From positions 79,546,001 to 79,610,000 of the forward strand of contig OX597831.1 in the NCBI GenBank assembly GCA_951406725.2: a stretch of 64,000 bases of DNA. The letters are read 5' to 3'. The stretch comes from Octopus vulgaris. Taxonomy: Eukaryota. The notes beneath the pieces are model-generated. The model made no database searches. It saw only the letters and a program-made list of their open reading frames with translations, and was not told the origin of the DNA. The position numbers and the translations under genes were made by a program. Of the stretch, positions 58,330-64,000 are shown piece by piece (position 1 is the first letter of the stretch; each line of letters starts with the position of its first letter).

Positions 58330-59160
58330 TTCTGTGTGTGTGTGTGTGTGTGTATGGTCGTGTTTGTGCGTGTGTGTGTATGTATATATATGTGGATGTA
58401 CGTGCGTATGTGTGTGTATATGTGTGCGTGTGTATGGTCGTATTTGTGCGTATGTGTATATATATGTGGATGCACGTGCGTATGTGTGTGTGTGTGTGTA
58501 TATGGTCGTGTGTGTGCGTGTGTGTGTGTATATATATATATATATGTGTGGATGTACGTGCGTATGTGTGTGTATGTGTATGCGCATGTGTGTGCGTGTT
58601 TGAGTTTGTGTGTATGCGCATGTGTGCGTATATAGATGGATGTACGTGCGTGTGTGTGTTTGTGTATGTGTGCGTGAGCGCGTGTGTGTACGTGTGTGTG
58701 TATGAGTGCGCGCGCCTTTGTGTGCGTGTGTGTGTGTGTGTATATGTAGATGTACGTGTGTATGTGCATGTGAGTGCGCGCGCCTGTGTGTGTGCATGTA
58801 CCTGTGCGTGTGGATGTACGTCCGAATGTGTGTGTGTGCATGTGTTCGTGTTTGTGTGTGTGTGCGTATATATGTGGATGTACGTGCGTGTATATGCGCA
58901 TGTATGCGCGTGTGTGTGTGTTGGAGTTGGTGTGTCTGTGTGTGTATATATGCGGATGTACGTGCGTATGTGTGTGTATGTAAACGTGTATGCGTTTATC
59001 TGTATGCATATTTGTGTATATATATATGTGTGTGTGTGTGTGTGTGCGTGTGTGTGTGTGTGTGTGTGTACGGGCATTTGAGTGCGTATGTGTGTATGTG
59101 CATGTGTGTATATGTATTGATGTACGTGCGTATGTGTGCGTGGGTGTACGTGCATCTGCG
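58330..59160. repeat. GT-rich cryptic minisatellite (motif TGTGGATGTACGTGCGTATG)
   Basis: The motif recurs about 9 times with variable (GT)n spacers. Confidence 0.8.
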
Positions 59161-59314
59161 TGTCGATATTTATGTTTGTGCATGTATGGCAGAATTATAT
59201 TTTGCATATTTATGTTTGTTCCACAGCGATCTATGTGTATGTGCGCATATGTGTATATATGTAGGTATGTGTATATATAAATGTATATGTAAGTGTATGT
59301 ATATATATATAAAC

Positions 59315-59351
<37 letters not shown>

Positions 59352-59352
<1 letters not shown>

Positions 59353-59760
59353 TCTTTACTCTTTTACTTGTTTCAGTCATTTGACTGCGGCCATGCTGGA
59401 GCACCGCCTTTAGTCGAGCAAATCGACCCCGGGACTTATTTTTTGTAAGCCCAGTACTTATTCTATCGGTCTCTTTTGCCGAACCGCTAAGTGACGGGGA
59501 CGTAAACACACCAGCATCGGTGTCAAGCAATGCTAGGGGAACAAACACAGACACACAAACATATACACACACACTTATATATATATACATATATATGACA
59601 GGCTTCTTTCAGTTTCCGTCTACCAAATCCACTCACAAGGCATTGGTCAGCCCGGGGCTATAGCAGAAGACACTTGCCCAAGATGCCACGCAGTGGGACT
59701 GAACCCTGAACCATGTGGTTGGTTAGCAAGCTACTTACCACACAGCCACTCCTGCGCCTA
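59352..59760 (-). mobile_element. Full-length tRNA-derived SINE (family B)
   Basis: Minus-strand head AGGCGCAGGAGTGGCTGTGTGGTAAG..GGTTCAGTCCC, internal (TA/TG)n and tail CAAGTAAAAGAGTAAAGAG. Confidence 0.88.
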
Positions 59761-59794
59761 TATATATTTTATATATATATATATATTATATATA

Positions 59795-59881
<87 letters not shown>

Positions 59882-59929
59882 TATGTATATATATACATGC
59901 ACACACTCACGCACCTTTAGTGGAACAAA

Positions 59930-60257
59930 TATTCTTTGTAAGCCTAGTACTTATTCTATCAATCACTTTTTCCTCCCCACTAAATTACGCGGACGTAAAC
60001 ACGTCAACATCTGTTGTCAAGCGATGGTGGGGGACAAGCACGGACTCTCAAGCAAATATACATACATACATATATATACATATATATCTATACAACATGC
60101 ATCTTTCAGTTTTCGTCTCCCAAATCCACTCACAAGGCTTTGGTCGGCCGAAGCTATAGTAGAAGTCATTTGCCCAAGGTGCCATGCAGTGGGACTGAAC
60201 CCGCAATCAAGTGGTTGGTAAGCAAGCTACTTACCACACAGTCACTCTTGCGCCTAT
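59930..60257 (-). mobile_element. SINE family B, 3'-truncated
   Basis: Colinear with 59440-59760. Confidence 0.8.
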
Positions 60258-60261
60258 ATAT

Positions 60262-60292
<31 letters not shown>

Positions 60293-60478
60293 CAAAGAGA
60301 GAGATAATGTCCAACTTTATAATTAATAAATAATTATTAATTTAATTATCTCTCAGTTTTCTTATTTTCTTAAAAACTATATGTATGTATATGTATATAT
60401 ATATATATTTATATATATTATATAAATGATATATATATATATGCATATATACAAACGCATATGTACACACATCTATAC

Positions 60479-60514
<36 letters not shown>

Positions 60515-60516
<2 letters not shown>

Positions 60517-61170
60517 ATAATAATAAGGGTAAAATTAATTAATTAGTAATTAATAATTTTACCAAGCAGTGTTCAGTATGTAAAAGGACCATTTACGGTA
60601 TATTTAAACATTACTTTATATAATTAGGGTTCAGCAAAAAAATTTTACTTTACCAATTTTACTTTAGAAATAGCAGCCAAAGAATTTAGCTATTTCTCCT
60701 ACTATAAGAAGTCTCCCAGACAATGTATACTCAAAAACAATTCACGTAGGCATAGAGGGAAAAATAACGAAAGTTCACTCGAAAATCGATTACTTGAGAA
60801 CGCGTTTCTGGGTTAGTGAGATATAGAGATGCTAGAAATACAAACCTATTCCAACATTCCTGTCATCAACCCAAGATTTCGTTAAATTTAGATTTGAGAG
60901 GCACTAAAAATCGAACATACAACGAAAGACACAAATGGAAAACAAGACAAACAACATAAAGAACAACCATTCATCAGTTGTCGGCTGTTTTATCTAGTCT
61001 CGTATTTCGAGCATTTAACAACAAAATACGCTCTCGACAAAGCAGTTGCTTCCGCAAAGCAAATTAAATAAAATTTGAGATTTTGCGAAGGTTCACAATT
61101 GGTAACACAAACAGGACAGTGAAAACAAACAGGAAGGGCTGCTAATCATAAACGAGGTGTAGTGGCGAAC
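60515..61170 (-). mobile_element. Adjacent Penelope-like terminal fragments with HHR relics
   Basis: Minus strand CTTGGG-TTGATGA..GAAA-CGCG-TT-CTCAAG at 60793-60875, and GAGCGT..ATGCTC-GAAA at ~61005-61035; (TA)n flanks. Confidence 0.5.
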
Positions 61171-61989
61171 ATATATACATATATATATATATATAAGAAT
61201 ACAGTGTACATTCAAACACACAGGAGTTAACAAAAAAAATAGGTTATCTGACTCACTAGAAAGAGCAGTTAAACTCCAGGCCACTAATTGTTGTAATTCT
61301 GAAAGTGAACGAAAATGAAAAAAACTTTTACCTGATGGTCCTAGACTATGCATAGTTCCTGCAGTCTTAAATATAGATTGAAATAAAATAATGACTAAAT
61401 TTTTTCCTTCTCGCAAGAACACTGGTAACAAATAATTTTTCCATAAATATTCTTGCTACCCTAAGATTTTTTAATTATATATATATATATATGCATAAAC
61501 GAGGAGGGAGCTGCTCTGTACACCTATGGATGGGGTTTCACACAGTTTCTGTCTACCAAATTCACACACAAGTGTTTCGTCGGTCCGGAGCTGCAATAGA
61601 TGCCCCTTGCCCAAGTTGCCGCGTAATGGATCTGAACTCGAATCCATGTGTTTGAAAAGTGAACTTATTACATAACAATTATCTTGCTCCCACAGTTTTT
61701 CTTTATTTCTTCCCTGCATTCCCCTCTTTTTTATCCTTTTTTCCCTTTTCCTGATAAAAGATCACGTCCAAAACGTCAATATCTTTCCACTATCCAAGCG
61801 TTAGACTATTTACAGAAGTTTGCTCTTGTCTTTTTCTTCCTGTTTTTCTTCATTCATATATAATAGATAGATAGATGATTGATTGATTGATTGTTTGATT
61901 GATTGATTGATAGACATCCATCAATGTATCTATCTGTCTGTCTATCCAACCCTCTATCTACCTATCTACCAATCCAGCTATCTATTTCG

Positions 61990-62104
<115 letters not shown>

Positions 62105-62854
62105 CATCTATCTATCTATCTATCTATCTATCTGTCTATCTATTTATCTATCTAGCTATCTATTTATCTAACTATCCATCTATCTAACTATCTATCTACC
62201 TGTATGTCTATCTGGTGATGATTGTAGTTGTGGGCTATGGCGGTGGGATAGCAGTCGGTTTTTCGGGGGTTAGGGCTAAGGTTTTGGCGGTGATGGTGCC
62301 GATGGTAGCACCAGTGGTGGAATTGGTGGTGCGATGTTGATGGCGCTGACGCTATTGGCGGTGAAAGTGATGTTGGAGTTTGTTAAAATTTTTCCTTCGT
62401 CACGAACCAGAGCATCACCCCCCACCACCACCAACAATAACAACAACAACACCGGCGCCACCGCCATCATCATTATCACTACAAATACAGGCACTATTAC
62501 AACCGCCATCACCACAACCTAACTACCAGCGCCATCTCCACGTACTTTAAGTTAATAAGGTCGGGCTTAAAATAATGGGTTAATTAACCCGTGTTAATGA
62601 AACAATGAGGGAAGTTGAATCAGACGGTGTTTGGGTGGGGTGGATGGGGAGAGTGATGTACGAGTAGCAGGAGGAGGGAGAGGACGAGAGAACAGAGCGA
62701 GCGACTAAGAGAAAGAGAGTGAGAGAGAGAGAGAGAGAGATAGGAAGGGAGGAAGGTGGAAGATGAAAAACGTATCGTTCTTGCTACTACCATCATCGTC
62801 ATAATCATAATCATCATCGTTATCATTCTTATCATCATCCTCATTATCTTCATC

Positions 62855-62894
<40 letters not shown>

Positions 62895-62910
62895 TTCATC
62901 ATCATCATTG

Positions 62911-62962
<52 letters not shown>

Positions 62963-62969
62963 AACAATC

Positions 62970-63000
<31 letters not shown>

Positions 63001-63029
63001 TATACATATATACATATATATACATATAT

Positions 63030-64000
63030 ATATAATAACAATTTAATAAATAAAACATATGCATACATACATACATATATGTACATACCTACATCTATAT
63101 GTATATATACATGCATATATGGGTAAAGGACACCACAAATAAACGTAGAACACAACGAGAAACGAAAACAAAAAAACAAAACAAGGAAACGGACTTTTTT
63201 TAACAACGAAAAAATAGAGTATAAGACAAACAACACAAGGAACATTCCCCTTCTTCAGCTGCCCCTGCTTTGACTCATAGCTTGTTTCGAAGTTAAGGGC
63301 AGAACACGACTACCTTGAAATAGTCCTTCCCGCAAAGCGAATTAAGTAAAAAATCTTTTGCGGAGGGGTAAAAAAAGTGACAAGAACAGGACGTAAAAGC
63401 AATACAAATAAAGAGAATAAAACAGTATAAATAAAGATAAAAACAGTAAAAGACAGGACAAGGAGAAACCAACAATAAGGGCCATTTTAAGCCTGGACGG
63501 TGGAAAAATTCATTTGAACGCATTCTGAAGAATGGCTTACGAGGAGAGAAAAAGCCGTTGTTGACTTGTTGAAGGCAGTAGACAGAAAGAAAGTTAGTAG
63601 CCCTCTGGGCAGCGACGAGAGGGAGGAAGAGATGTGAGGGAGAGAGAGGAAACGGTGAAAGGGAGAGCAGAAGAAACAAGAAAGGATGAAAAATAAGGAG
63701 AGAGACAGGTAGAGAGGAAGACAGACAGGCAGGGAGGAAAGATCAAGTAAAGAGTTAAGAGTATGCGTCATAATTATTGAAATAAATCTTACTTGGGAGA
63801 AGACGACGACGCGTGCGTTCAATCATATAATAACAATTTAATAAATAAAATATACGCATACATACATACATATATATATGTACATACATACATCTATATG
63901 TATATACATGCATATATGGGTATAGGACACCACAAATAAACGTAGAACACAACGAGAAACGAAAACAAAAACAAAAACATGGAAACGGACTTTTTTTAAC
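63030..64000 (-). mobile_element. ~796-bp tandem/terminal direct repeat element, Penelope-like, running off the window
   Basis: 63030-63203 recurs at 63825-64000. Shares a CCGCAAA..TTTGCG hairpin and CTGA(A/T)GA motif with 60920-61100. Confidence 0.6.

Overview
This is AT-rich, microsatellite-saturated eukaryotic non-coding DNA. The SINE and LINE families resemble those of octopus or another coleoid cephalopod (inference from repeat recognition only). No host protein-coding gene is supportable, and almost all ORF-track entries are translations of simple repeats. The real content is as follows. (1) A cluster of R4/Dong-clade REL-endonuclease LINE copies and a small non-coding element, all inserted in one (AAT)n array at 1.3-12 kb; the middle LINE copy is a recombinant that maps a 2.25-kb tandem duplication to a ~17-bp crossover window. 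(2) Three tRNA-type SINE families, one forming tandem arrays. (3) CR1-group LINE and Tc1/mariner relics. (4) Many Penelope-like termini in (TA)n carrying minimal type I hammerhead ribozyme (HHR) motifs. (5) Most notably, a near full-length Tx1/L1-clade LINE (32021-36855) with a 14-bp target-site duplication. It is inserted inside a ~355-bp hammerhead-containing retrozyme-like repeat, 5 nt upstream of the ribozyme, so the LINE is bracketed by 138-bp direct repeats and followed by a self-cleaving motif.
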